Assembly: GCA_947586855.1 (NCBI GenBank)
Contig: CANPXV010000002.1
Location: 57,353-121,352, forward strand
DNA length: 64,000 nucleotides
From: an uncultured Clostridia bacterium
Lineage (GTDB): Bacteria > Bacillota > Clostridia > Christensenellales > CAG-314
Direction: 5' to 3'
Position 1 is the first letter of the stretch, and each line of letters begins with the position of its first letter. Positions 1 through 9,814 of the stretch are shown one piece after another. A program made the translations under genes and the position numbers. The notes beneath the pieces are model-generated. The model saw only the letters and a list, made by a program, of their open reading frames with translations. It did not search any database and was not told the origin of the DNA.

Positions 1-2
1 TT

Positions 3-512
3 GAAAACAGCACCGAAAAGGACAAGCACAACGCCGCTGTGTATCGGCAGGTGGAGCAAATTGTGCGCAATGGGGTCCAAAATGTGCTGCTGACGGGCAA
101 AGTGGGCACAGGCAAAACCTATCTGCTGACGGCAAGCGCACAGTTGGCTGCGCAGCTGGAAAAAAGCGTGCTGTTTGTGACGGCCTACTCGCTGAACGCC
201 GACCTGCTTGCCGCCCATCTGGAAGGCGTCGAGGCCATATCCACCCTGCTGAACAGCCTTGTGGACGTGGATTTGCTGCTGATAGACGATCTCGGCACGG
301 AAAAAATCTACAACAACGTGACGGGCAACTACCTGTTTACGCTGCTGAACGAGCGCTCGGTGGCGCACAAGCAAACGTTTTTTTCCACCAATCTTACCCT
401 GCAACAGCTAAACGAGCGCTACGATGAACGGGTGGTATCCCGCCTGATAGACAAAAACACCACGTTTGTGGCGCAGCTTACGGGCAAGGACAAGCGCACC
501 GCCGCCCGATAA
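3..512 (+). CDS. DnaC/IstB-like AAA+ ATPase (helicase-loader type), 5' part lies outside the window
   Basis: Walker A GKVGTGKT, Walker B LLLIDDLGTE, STNL and ER-x-x-SRL motifs; frame is open back to the window start. Confidence 0.85.
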   Translation, partial: ENSTEKDKHNAAVYRQVEQIVRNGVQNVLLTGKVGTGKTYLLTASAQLAAQLEKSVLFVTAYSLNADLLAAHLEGVEAISTLLNSLVDVDLLLIDDLGTEKIYNNVTGNYLFTLLNERSVAHKQTFFSTNLTLQQLNERYDERVVSRLIDKNTTFVAQLTGKDKRTAAR

Positions 513-607
513 GCGCCGACCGCCGAACTTTTTTTCAGCCCCATCCGCAAAGGAGCGGGCATTTTTTTGCAATATTGCACTTTGTGCAAAATTTTTGCCG
601 ATATATC

Positions 608-636
608 TTGAAATTGCATTGCATTTGTGATAGAAT
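608..636 (+). promoter_or_regulatory. sigmaA-type promoter of the mgtC-family gene
   Basis: TTGAAA-17 nt-TAGAAT with TG extension. Confidence 0.6.
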
Positions 637-667
637 ACAATGACAACAAACAGAGAGGCACAACAAA

Positions 668-1408
668 ATGAGTATGTTGGCATTTGCAAAATCGCTATCC
701 GAGCTGCCGATAAGCATATTGTTCGGGCACGATTTGATAACCGCCCCCGACGGCGTGGCCTACACAGGGTGGGAGATTCAACTTATATTTTTGCTGAGGG
801 TGCTGATTGCCGGCGGCCTTGGCATAGTGATCGGTATCGAGCGCAATCGCCGCCAAAAAGAGGCGGGCATGGCAACGCACTTTATTGTGGGGTGCGCAGC
901 GGCGTTGTTTACCATGATATCCATGTCGCTGAGCGATATCGGCGACGGCGAACGTATTGCCGCCCAGATAGTTTCCGGTATATCCTTTTTGTGTGCGGGC
1001 GTGATATTCTTCCGCAGGGAAAATTTGCGGGGACTGACCACCGCAGCAGGCATATGGGCCACCGCCGCTATCGGTATGGCAGTGGGCGCAGGTATGCCCA
1101 TTGTTGCCGTTGGCTCCACCGTGATAATATTGGGCATACAGATGTTTTTGCACAGCAAGGTTGTGCTGCGCAAAAGTCGTAAACACATGCTGTTTGTTAA
1201 GTTTGTGTACAACGACGAGCTGAAAAATATGCTTATCGAACACTTTGGCTGCGACAGCTTCCACCGCTTCAAGATAACCAAGGACGACGAGCGAATGGTT
1301 GCAGAGGCCGTCATCTACACCAAGCAGAACTATCTGGCCAATCAGCTGTGCGAGCTGATGAACGCCTATCCCGATGTGCTGTCGGTGGAACGCTTGGAAG
1401 ATTTGTAA
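668..1408 (+). CDS. MgtC/SapB family membrane protein
   Basis: GIERNRRQKEAGMATH, RIAAQIVSGISFLCAG, GLTTAAGIWATAAIG motifs; several TM segments. Confidence 0.9.
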   Translation: MSMLAFAKSLSELPISILFGHDLITAPDGVAYTGWEIQLIFLLRVLIAGGLGIVIGIERNRRQKEAGMATHFIVGCAAALFTMISMSLSDIGDGERIAAQIVSGISFLCAGVIFFRRENLRGLTTAAGIWATAAIGMAVGAGMPIVAVGSTVIILGIQMFLHSKVVLRKSRKHMLFVKFVYNDELKNMLIEHFGCDSFHRFKITKDDERMVAEAVIYTKQNYLANQLCELMNAYPDVLSVERLEDL

Positions 1409-1428
1409 AAACAAAACGAAAAAAATCA

Positions 1429-1460
1429 CCTCCCGAATTTGGCGTTCGGGAGGGTTTTTT
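1429..1460. terminator. bidirectional intrinsic terminator
   Basis: CCTCCCGAA/TTCGGGAGG stem with A-run before and T-run after, between convergent genes. Confidence 0.8.
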
Positions 1461-1505
1461 ATACTTTGCGGCCTTTGCTCGGGCAAAATAGACATATGGG
1501 GTGCG

Positions 1506-2069
1506 TTATTTGCTCAAAGAAACAGTCAGTTCCTGCCCTTGCAAGCGCAAATGGCAGGTAGATGTGCGGGGGTTTGGACAGCCGAACTTGAACTGCGCCT
1601 CGCCCTGCGTCCACGCCTCGGCAAGCAATTTGGCGGCCTGTTGCGGGGGCAGCTGTTGCCAAACGCAAAGTTTCTCGGGTGAGAGTACCCTCTTGGCCAG
1701 GGCGGCCTTGCCCAAAAATCTCGACGTCTGTTCCACATCTACGCCAACGTGAGTGTGAGACGCCACCGCCGCCACAACGTTGCCGCTGTGACTGAGGGAA
1801 AAATGCACGTCGCCGCCGCACTGCCAGCCCTTGGAAGTGCGCTCGAAGTCGAAACAATCGATTCCCTTGCCGCAAAGGGACTGAAACGCCACGTCCAGCA
1901 GCCGCCACACGGCATAGCGTTGGCGCCGCAGCTGCATATCGGCAGCGGACAAGATGTAGTCGTTGCGCTGTGCGGGATAGACCTCGTCCACCTGCAAGTC
2001 GTCGTCAAAGGCGGCGATATGCACCGTTGTGCCGTCCAAATCAAGTTGCCGTATCTCGGAAAAAATCAT
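1506..2069 (-). CDS. 4'-phosphopantetheinyl transferase family protein
   Basis: FSLSHSG, VGVDVE and W-x-x-x-EA motifs. Confidence 0.75.
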   Translation of the reverse strand: MIFSEIRQLDLDGTTVHIAAFDDDLQVDEVYPAQRNDYILSAADMQLRRQRYAVWRLLDVAFQSLCGKGIDCFDFERTSKGWQCGGDVHFSLSHSGNVVAAVASHTHVGVDVEQTSRFLGKAALAKRVLSPEKLCVWQQLPPQQAAKLLAEAWTQGEAQFKFGCPNPRTSTCHLRLQGQELTVSLSK

Positions 2070-2111
2070 AGAGATATTGTAGCAGAAATTTCGGCGCAGT
2101 GCAAGCGTTGG

Positions 2112-2717
2112 CTACTGTCGGGGTTTGAGGTATTTGTGCGCACGCCCCTCCTTGACGGTGAGATAGCTGCGGCCTATGCAAAAGGCGCCGTCGGGCATAT
2201 CCTTGTCCACTGTGGTGCCGCAAGCGACAAAACAACTTTTGCCCACATGCAACGGCGCCACCAGATTGGCATTGCACCCCACAAAGCAGTCCTCGCCCAC
2301 CGTGGTGCGGTGCTTGGTGCGGCCGTCGAAATTGACAAATATCACGCCACAGCCGATATTGGTGCGTTCGCCCACCTCGGCATCGCCGATGTAGCTGAGG
2401 TGCGCCGCTTTGACGCCGTTGTGCAGCGTGCTGTGCTTTACTTCCACAAAGTTGCCTATGCGGCAGTTGTCGCCGACGACGGTGTTTTCTCGCAGGTGAG
2501 CATTTGGCCCCACAGTGCAATGTGCGCCCACAACGCTGTCGCAAATGCGAGAGGCCCTTACCTGTGTGCAGGCGCCGATGTGCGCATTGACAAGATAGCT
2601 GAAACTGCCCACAACGCAGCCGTCCTCCAAAACGGTGTTGCCCCGCACCACGGCAAAAGGCTCTATCGTGACGTTGCGCCCCACCTTGACGGAATCTTCC
2701 AAAACGTACTCTGACAA
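2112..2717 (-). CDS. GlmU C-terminal-like hexapeptide acetyltransferase (stand-alone left-handed beta-helix)
   Basis: IGNFVEVK, AHLSYIGDA, NIGCG..NFDG..KH and LVAP motifs; TTG start at 2717 with AAGGAG RBS; no uridyltransferase domain. Confidence 0.85.
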   Translation of the reverse strand: MSEYVLEDSVKVGRNVTIEPFAVVRGNTVLEDGCVVGSFSYLVNAHIGACTQVRASRICDSVVGAHCTVGPNAHLRENTVVGDNCRIGNFVEVKHSTLHNGVKAAHLSYIGDAEVGERTNIGCGVIFVNFDGRTKHRTTVGEDCFVGCNANLVAPLHVGKSCFVACGTTVDKDMPDGAFCIGRSYLTVKEGRAHKYLKPRQ

Positions 2718-2804
2718 GACAATTCTCCTTGGAATACACTCACATTGTATGCAAAAGAGGCGCAAAACGTACCAGAAAAAGCTTTTAAGCAGCGTTGTTG
2801 TACA

Positions 2805-5084
2805 CTACGCCAGCCTTGCCACCACCACAGTCATGTCGTCGGCGGGGTGTCCGTTGCAGCGTTTGAGCGCCTTGGACATGATGACCTCGGCAATGCTTTG
2901 CGGCACGTTGAGCGACACCTCGGCAAAGGCGGCCGCTACCAGATTGACGTCCTTGAAGCAATCGGCTACGCCGTCGGACATCAGCACTACCGTGTCGCCG
3001 CTGTTCAGCGCCTTTTTGGTGACGGAAGGCGTCATCTCCTCCAACACGCCGAGGGGCAGGCTGCTGCCGCAGACGATCTCTACCTTGCCGCCCGAGCGCA
3101 CCAAGCCCGAGCACGCCCCCAACTTGATGAAATCCGCCAGCCCGTTGTACAAATCCAGCACCACCATATCCACAGCGCAAAAAATTTCGTTGCCGCCGCC
3201 GATGAGCAGCTTGTTGACGCAGGACAATATCGTGTCGTTGTCGAAGCCCGCACGGTAAAAACTCTCTACCAGGCTGATGGATGTGGCGGACATTTTTTCC
3301 GCCTTGGTGCCGCTGCCCATGCCGTCGCACAGCGCCACGATACACTTGCCGTTATCCGTGTGGGTGACAGTGTGGGTGTCGCCGCTGATCTCGGCGCCCT
3401 CCTTTGGCACGGAGCACACCCCAAACGTGACGGCATATCGGGGCGCAACGTTTAGCAACACATTGACCCAGGCTGCGCTGGCCGTTTGCTCCACACGCTC
3501 CACCGCAACGGGCTGTTTTAGCACGGCGGAAACCGCCTTTTGTATCGTGTCCTTGTCCACGTCCTTGGACGACACTGTCACCACCACCGTTATCATATCC
3601 TTTTGGCGGGCGATGACGGCGCCGCTGCACAGCACGTTGTGGAACACCAACTTGTCCACCAATTCCTGTTCCTTGGCGGTGTCGTAGCCCGTTCGATTTT
3701 TTGTTTCGTCCGCCAGCTGCATAAGCAAATCGGATACGCCGCCCATTTGCTCGCCCAACAGCGCTTTGCCCTGATCGGCCTGATCGCTGCGCTGCTTGTA
3801 GCTGAGGTACACCTCGGCCTGTGCGTTGACCTCGCTGAGCAGCCCGGACACCCTGTCGCACCGCACGGACAGCGCCTGCGGCACGTCCAGAATGGTGCAC
3901 TTGCCCCGCTTGACGGCGCATACGCCCAGCTGCATCAGATTTTGCTCTGTCTGGGCGATATCCTGCCGCCAGCAGCGCACACGCTCGTCACAGTTGCGGC
4001 AGACGCTCTCCGAACACTGCTTGACGATGGCACGCTCGGCCTCCTCCGGCGAGACGGCGCTGCTCGACATGGAAAAGAACGCCTGCTTCATGGACAAAAA
4101 TATATCGGACAGCCGCACCAACCTGCGAGAAACGGCGTCGCCCATCTTTTGCACCACCGTCTGCGACAGATACCGCTCGGCACCGCCCGCACAAAAATCC
4201 CTGATGTAGCCGTACACCCTGCCCGGGACAACGACAAACACCAGCACCGACGCAAATGTGGGTGCAAGGGCCGCCACACCAAAGGTGCCGTGCATACTCA
4301 AAAAGTAGCTCATCAGCACCTCTACCAGCAGCACAGACAGGGCGGCAAGATACCTGTTTATCTTGCAGAGGGTGACGGCGCACAGGGCGGAAAGCACGCA
4401 AAACACGCAGCATTCGCAATTGCCCGAGGCCAAAATGTTGCCCACGCCCACCAATACCGAGGCGCACAGCCCCACCTTGTCGCCGAAACACACCACGCAA
4501 AAAAGCAGGGCAAAGGGCGCAACAAAATAGATAAGCTCCATTTGGCCAAAGCGTATCTGCGAAAGACAGTAGCTTGCCACCGCCACAAACAGCCCTATGC
4601 ACACGGTCTCGTCCAGAGCGGGACGGTAGTTGAGCCCCCGCACAAACACCGCCCGAAAGGTGTAGACGCACACATAGGCAAACGCCTCGCCCAAAGCGGC
4701 AAAAAGCAGCTTGTCAAACAGGTTGAGATAGTCGACAAAGCCGTACGCCACATAAAACACGTTGGCCGCCGTCAGATACAGCAGCAGCGTAAGCTTGCCT
4801 ATCTTGCGCTTGGCAAAAAAGTGTATGGCCACGGCCAGCATTATCACGGCGGTTTTGACGGCGGCTTGCAGCAAAATGCCCCAACCGTACACCGCCGATG
4901 CGCCCAGATACACCACCGAGGCGATTATCGGGTTGGCGGAATACACCGCCCCGACAAACAGGCCGAAGGCGAGATTGCCGTCAAACACCCCGCCCGACGC
5001 CACCGCAAGAGCGGCATATGTTACATATAACAATATGCTTTTTGCCGTAAGTTTGTTTTTCAATGCACCTTTTGCCGCCTTCAT
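2805..5084 (-). CDS. spoIIE: stage II sporulation protein E (PP2C phosphatase)
   Basis: N-terminal multi-TM region; ISGDT, LCDGMGSG and MSDGV..DDMTV PP2C motifs; ATG 5084 with GGGAG RBS. Confidence 0.9.
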   Translation of the reverse strand: MKAAKGALKNKLTAKSILLYVTYAALAVASGGVFDGNLAFGLFVGAVYSANPIIASVVYLGASAVYGWGILLQAAVKTAVIMLAVAIHFFAKRKIGKLTLLLYLTAANVFYVAYGFVDYLNLFDKLLFAALGEAFAYVCVYTFRAVFVRGLNYRPALDETVCIGLFVAVASYCLSQIRFGQMELIYFVAPFALLFCVVCFGDKVGLCASVLVGVGNILASGNCECCVFCVLSALCAVTLCKINRYLAALSVLLVEVLMSYFLSMHGTFGVAALAPTFASVLVFVVVPGRVYGYIRDFCAGGAERYLSQTVVQKMGDAVSRRLVRLSDIFLSMKQAFFSMSSSAVSPEEAERAIVKQCSESVCRNCDERVRCWRQDIAQTEQNLMQLGVCAVKRGKCTILDVPQALSVRCDRVSGLLSEVNAQAEVYLSYKQRSDQADQGKALLGEQMGGVSDLLMQLADETKNRTGYDTAKEQELVDKLVFHNVLCSGAVIARQKDMITVVVTVSSKDVDKDTIQKAVSAVLKQPVAVERVEQTASAAWVNVLLNVAPRYAVTFGVCSVPKEGAEISGDTHTVTHTDNGKCIVALCDGMGSGTKAEKMSATSISLVESFYRAGFDNDTILSCVNKLLIGGGNEIFCAVDMVVLDLYNGLADFIKLGACSGLVRSGGKVEIVCGSSLPLGVLEEMTPSVTKKALNSGDTVVLMSDGVADCFKDVNLVAAAFAEVSLNVPQSIAEVIMSKALKRCNGHPADDMTVVVARLA

Positions 5085-5210
5085 AGACACGCTCCCCGTT
5101 ACCTTCTTGACCCAATGGTACATCTGCGGCGGACAAGTTATTTGTAAAGATATGGCCGATTTTGATAAAATTTGTTGCAGCGCCCACAAAAATCGCCGCA
5201 AAAACGCCCC

Positions 5211-5714
5211 TCAGCACACTTTGCACAGCAGACAGGCCGCCACCGCACCCAAAAGGTTGCAAAACAGCGCAATGGGTATCGCCCAGCCTGTGCGGCGCAC
5301 CTTGGTGCCGGCAAAATAGACGGACGCCACGTAGAACACCGTCTCGCTGCTGCCCATTATCACCGAGGCGCACCGTCCCACATAGCTATCGGGGCCGTAC
5401 TGCTTGTAGACGTCGGCAAGTATCGCCAGACTGCCGCTGCCGCTGAACGGCCTAAGCAGCACCAGCCGCACCACCTCGGATGGTATGCCCAACAGCTGAA
5501 AGGGCGGCGCCAACAGCTTGGTGACGTAGACGTCCAGACCGCTTTCGTGCAGGGCGTTGACCATGATAAATATGGCCGCAAGATAGGGCAGCACCGTGAC
5601 GCTCAGCCCCACCGATTTACGCGCGCCCAACACAAAGCTGTCGTAGACGTTTACCCGCCGAAAAAGCCCCGTCACCAACACTGCGACGATCAACAGCGGC
5701 ACGATGTAGCTCAT
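5211..5714 (-). CDS. spmB: spore maturation protein B
   Basis: LLRPFSGSGS, GSSETVFYV motifs; overlaps the spmA stop. Confidence 0.9.
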   Translation of the reverse strand: MSYIVPLLIVAVLVTGLFRRVNVYDSFVLGARKSVGLSVTVLPYLAAIFIMVNALHESGLDVYVTKLLAPPFQLLGIPSEVVRLVLLRPFSGSGSLAILADVYKQYGPDSYVGRCASVIMGSSETVFYVASVYFAGTKVRRTGWAIPIALFCNLLGAVAACLLCKVC

Positions 5715-6265
5715 TTGGCACGTCCGTATGCGCAAAACACCAACAAAACGCCCACCACCGACGTGAGCGCAGTGGACAGCAGGTTGGGCAGCAAAATATC
5801 CGCAGGGTTGGCCGAGCCTGCCGAGGAACGGAGCCCCATCACCGTGGTGGGCAGCAGCTGTATGCTTGTGGCGTTTACCACAAACAGCATGGCGCCGCTG
5901 CGGCTGAGGGTGTCGGTGTGCTCCGTTTCGCCTATCGCAGCAATGGCAGAGGGCGTGGCGGCGTTGCCCACCCCCAACAAATTGGAGGCAAAGTTGAGGG
6001 AGATGTACCTCTCGGCCGCCTGCGACACCCTGCCATACAGCAGTTTGTTGAGGCCGTGCATACAGTTGGCCAGCCCCTCCACCAGCTTGCATCTATCCGC
6101 CACCTCGAATACGCCCAGCCACAGGCAATAGATCCCGCACAGACCTATGGCGGTGGTGACAGCTTGTGCACAGCTATCCAGACACACCGTAAGCACGCCC
6201 TGCGGCCTGACGACCGTGAGCGCACACAGGGCTATCACCGTGACGCACGTCCAAACAATATTCAT
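5711..6265 (-). CDS. spmA: spore maturation protein A
   Basis: NLLGVGNAATP, FVVNATSIQLLPTT motifs. Confidence 0.9.
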   Translation of the reverse strand: MNIVWTCVTVIALCALTVVRPQGVLTVCLDSCAQAVTTAIGLCGIYCLWLGVFEVADRCKLVEGLANCMHGLNKLLYGRVSQAAERYISLNFASNLLGVGNAATPSAIAAIGETEHTDTLSRSGAMLFVVNATSIQLLPTTVMGLRSSAGSANPADILLPNLLSTALTSVVGVLLVFCAYGRAK

Positions 6266-6292
6266 GGGCAGCTCCTCGACACAATAGTTTAT

Positions 6293-6299
6293 TGTCGAA
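6293..6299. promoter_or_regulatory. putative Spo0A box upstream of spmA
   Basis: exact TGTCGAA; a near match (TGTCGAG on the - strand) at 6276-6282; 7-mers can occur by chance. Confidence 0.35.
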
Positions 6300-6356
6300 A
6301 AATGTCAAGTATAACGCCGTTTGAGGGGCAATTTGCGCCGCCTGTGGGCAATTTTG

Positions 6357-6385
6357 TTTACAAATAGTCAAAAAGAATATATAAT
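6357..6385 (+). promoter_or_regulatory. sigmaA promoter of metG
   Basis: TTTACA-17 nt-TATAAT. Confidence 0.65.
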
Positions 6386-6449
6386 GTAGCTGATATAATG
6401 CCGAGCATGGGCAAAAACCGCCCGTGCAAAATGGACAAGAGGTAAACTT

Positions 6450-8381
6450 ATGAGCAAACCCACCTACTACATCACCACGCCAATCTATTACAGCAGCGGC
6501 AGCTTTCACCTGGGACACTGCTACACCACCGTCATCTGCGACGCCATTGCCCGATTCAAGCGAATGGACGGCTTTGACGTGTTTTATCTGACGGGCACGG
6601 ACGAGCACGGACAAAAAGTGCAGCAAAAGGCGCAAGCGGCAGGCGTGACGCCCAAACAATACGTGGACAAGCTGTACGATCAGATAGTGGCACTGTGGAA
6701 AACCCTCAACATCAGCTACGACAAGTTTATCCGCACCACCGACGACTACCACGAAAAAACGGTGCAAAAAATTTACGAAAAGCTGCTGCAAAGCGGCGAC
6801 ATCTACAAATCCACCTACGAGGGCTGGTATTGCACGCCCTGCGAGAGCTTTTGGACGGAAAGCCAGCTGCACGACGGCAAATGCCCCGACTGCGGCCGAG
6901 AAGTCAAGCTGCAAAAGGAGGAAAGTTACTTCTTCCGCCTGAGCAAATATCAGGACAGGCTGATACAGTTCTACGAGCAAAATCCCGACTTTATCTCCCC
7001 CAAATCCCGCATGAACGAGATGATAAACAACTTTATCAAGCCGGGGCTTAAAGACTTGTGCATATCCCGCACCACCTTCGATTGGGGCATAAAGCTGCCC
7101 TTCGACCCCAAGCACGTGGCGTATGTGTGGGTGGACGCCCTGACCAACTACATCACGGCGCTGGGCTACCTGCAAGAGGATCACGCCCTGTTTGACAAGT
7201 TTTGGCCGGCGGACCTGCACATGGTGGGCAAGGAAATTGTGCGTTTCCACACGATAATCTGGCCGGCACTGCTTATGGCACTGGATCTGCCCCTGCCCAA
7301 AAAAGTGTACGGGCACGGCTGGCTGCTGTTTGGCAACGACAAAATGTCCAAATCCAAGGGCAACGTCGTGGACCCCTTTGTGCTGGCCGATCGCTACGGC
7401 GCAGACGTCATACGCTACTACCTGCTGAGGGAGATCCCCTTTGGCAGCGACGGCAACTACAACAACGAGGCGCTGCTTACCCGCACCAATGCCGATCTGG
7501 TAAACGACCTTGGCAATCTGGTAAGCCGCACCGCCGCCATGGTGACGCAGTACTTCGGCGGAGAGATCCCCCAACCCAACGCCTACACCGAGCCGGATAG
7601 CGAACTGATTGCGCTGTGCGAGGGCGCCCTGCCCAAGGTGCGCCAATATATGGACGAACTATCCGCACCCGACGCTCTCACCGAGACGCTGCGCATTGTG
7701 CAACGGGCCAACAAGTACATAGACGAGACCATGCCCTGGGCGCTCAACAAAAACGGCGACAAGCAACGTCTGGCCACCGTGATGTACGTTTTGTGCGAGT
7801 GTATCCGCTTTGCCGCAACGCTGTTGGAACCCTTTATACCGCAGACATCCGCCAAGATTTTTGAAAAAATCGGCCTGCCTTTGCCCAAAGACTTTGCCGG
7901 GCTGGGGCGCTTTGGCGGTATCGGACAGGGCGTGACGGTGCACAAGGGGGACAATCTGTTTGACCGCATAGATATCGACAAGGAGCTGAAAGAGTTGGAC
8001 AAGCTGGCCGAACAGGCCGAGCCGGCGGAAAAATCCCCCGCACCCGACGAGCAGACGGAGCAAATCTCCATAGAGGACTTTGCCAAAATCAAGCTGCGCA
8101 CGGCCAAGGTGCTTGGCTGCGAGCGTGTGGCCAAAAGCGACAAGCTACTGCTGCTGAGGCTGCAAGTGGGCAGCGAGGTACGCCAAGTGGTAAGCGGCAT
8201 TGCGCAGCACTACACCCCCGAGTATCTGGTGGGCAAAACAGTTGTGCTGGTGGCCAACCTTCGGCCCGCAAAAATCAGAGGGGTAGAGTCCAACGGCATG
8301 ATATTGTGCGCCGCCGACGACAAAAGCGTAGTGTTTGTCTCGCCGGAAAAGCCCATGGACAGCGGCAAGGAAGTGCGCTGA
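6450..8381 (+). CDS. metG: methionyl-tRNA synthetase
   Basis: HLGH (HIGH-like), KMSKS, Zn-knuckle CxxC..CPDC, C-terminal tRNA-binding domain. Confidence 0.97.
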   Translation: MSKPTYYITTPIYYSSGSFHLGHCYTTVICDAIARFKRMDGFDVFYLTGTDEHGQKVQQKAQAAGVTPKQYVDKLYDQIVALWKTLNISYDKFIRTTDDYHEKTVQKIYEKLLQSGDIYKSTYEGWYCTPCESFWTESQLHDGKCPDCGREVKLQKEESYFFRLSKYQDRLIQFYEQNPDFISPKSRMNEMINNFIKPGLKDLCISRTTFDWGIKLPFDPKHVAYVWVDALTNYITALGYLQEDHALFDKFWPADLHMVGKEIVRFHTIIWPALLMALDLPLPKKVYGHGWLLFGNDKMSKSKGNVVDPFVLADRYGADVIRYYLLREIPFGSDGNYNNEALLTRTNADLVNDLGNLVSRTAAMVTQYFGGEIPQPNAYTEPDSELIALCEGALPKVRQYMDELSAPDALTETLRIVQRANKYIDETMPWALNKNGDKQRLATVMYVLCECIRFAATLLEPFIPQTSAKIFEKIGLPLPKDFAGLGRFGGIGQGVTVHKGDNLFDRIDIDKELKELDKLAEQAEPAEKSPAPDEQTEQISIEDFAKIKLRTAKVLGCERVAKSDKLLLLRLQVGSEVRQVVSGIAQHYTPEYLVGKTVVLVANLRPAKIRGVESNGMILCAADDKSVVFVSPEKPMDSGKEVR

Positions 8382-9172
8382 TGATAGACAGTCATCTGCA
8401 CCTTGACGACCCCAAGCTGGCGGGCAATGTCGAGCAAATATTGCAGCAGTGCCGCCAAAACGGCATCGAGTTTGTGATAAACAACAGCTGCGACCTTGCG
8501 TCTATGGATGCGAGCGTGCAGCTGGCGGACAAATTTGACATCGTGTTTGCCACGGTGGGCATGCACCCGCACGACAGCAAAAACTTCGACAAGAGCTTTG
8601 CCGACAAAATGACGCAATACGCCGCCCATCCCAAGGTTGTGGCCGTGGGAGAAATCGGGCTGGACTACTTTTACGACCTATCCGACAGGCAAACCCAACG
8701 GGACGTTTTTGCACAGCAAATAGAGCTGGCAGACAAACTTGGCCTGCCCATTACGCTGCACATCAGGGACGCATACGGCGACGCCTGGGATATACTGCGG
8801 GCGCAGAAATCGCACCTCAACAACGGCGTGCTGTGGCACTGTTACAGCGGCAGCGCCGAGTTGGCTCGTCAGGCCGCAAAAGAGGGGCACTACTTTGCGT
8901 TTGGCGGGGCGATCACATTCAAAAACGCCCACAAGGAGGACGTGATAGCGCAAATTCCGCAGGAGAGGGTGCTGTCGGAGACGGACAGCCCGTATATGTC
9001 GCCCGAGCCGCTGCGGGGCCGCACCAACACTCCGCTCAACATCCCGCTTGTGGTGGCAAGGCTGGCGCAGCTGTATCAAACGGACGTGCCCGCAATGGAA
9101 GCGCAAATACGGGCCAACACGCTGAGGCTTTTTGGCAAAATAGGCAAATATCTCGACGGCCAACCGCACTGA
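8381..9172 (+). CDS. tatD: TatD family hydrolase
   Basis: DSHLH, GEIGLDY, HCYSG, ETDSPY motifs; start overlaps the metG stop. Confidence 0.93.
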   Translation: MIDSHLHLDDPKLAGNVEQILQQCRQNGIEFVINNSCDLASMDASVQLADKFDIVFATVGMHPHDSKNFDKSFADKMTQYAAHPKVVAVGEIGLDYFYDLSDRQTQRDVFAQQIELADKLGLPITLHIRDAYGDAWDILRAQKSHLNNGVLWHCYSGSAELARQAAKEGHYFAFGGAITFKNAHKEDVIAQIPQERVLSETDSPYMSPEPLRGRTNTPLNIPLVVARLAQLYQTDVPAMEAQIRANTLRLFGKIGKYLDGQPH

Positions 9173-9202
9173 TCGACCGCACTGCACAAATACACCACAA
9201 AT

Positions 9203-9796
9203 ATGGATAACTACGTCTACATCTTACACAACAAAATCTACATCAACCTCACCAACAAGTGCAGCAATCGCTGCGACTTTTGCATACGTCAGGGGCGCAA
9301 GGGCATGGGGGACACTCCCCTGTGGATAGAACACGAGCCCACCGCCGAGGACGTGATTGCGCAACTGCCCCTCAATCTGGACGACTTTGATGACGAGGTT
9401 GTGTTTTGCGGATTTGGCGAGCCCACCTACAATCTGGAAACGCTGGACGAGGTGGCAAGCTATCTGCACTGCGTGGACAAAACCACCCGAATCAACACCA
9501 ACGGGCAGGCCAACCTTATCTACAACGGCGACGTGACCGAGCTGCTGACCACCGCCTGCGACGTGATAAACGTGTCGCTGAACGAGTGCACTGCGCAAAA
9601 ATATCAACAGCATTGCCACAGCGTCTTTGGCGAAAAGGCCTTTGACGCACTGCTGCAATTTGCCGACAAGTGCAAGGCTTTGGGCGGCAATGTGGTGTTT
9701 TCGGTGGTGGACAGCATTGGCGAACAGGACATCGCCCAATGCAAAATTTTGGCAAAAAAGCACAACATTCCGCTGCGTATCAGGGCAAAGGAATAG
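9203..9796 (+). CDS. TatD-associated radical SAM protein
   Basis: CSNRCDFC (CxxxCxxC), VVFCGFGEPT, RINTNG; directly after tatD. Confidence 0.85.
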   Translation: MDNYVYILHNKIYINLTNKCSNRCDFCIRQGRKGMGDTPLWIEHEPTAEDVIAQLPLNLDDFDDEVVFCGFGEPTYNLETLDEVASYLHCVDKTTRINTNGQANLIYNGDVTELLTTACDVINVSLNECTAQKYQQHCHSVFGEKAFDALLQFADKCKALGGNVVFSVVDSIGEQDIAQCKILAKKHNIPLRIRAKE

Positions 9797-9814
9797 GCGT
9801 TATCCCGCAAGCGC

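Noticed and set aside
3540-5030. Long antisense ORFs (also 1749-2714, 6174-7646, 10925-12520, 13104-15044, 46118-47995, 49001-50911)
   Set aside because: They shadow well-supported genes on the other strand; expected from GC-rich codon usage; no RBS or recognisable motifs
6386-6449. T-box or SAM riboswitch before metG (and T-box before asnS)
   Set aside because: Both leaders are under ~65 nt and have no T-box motif
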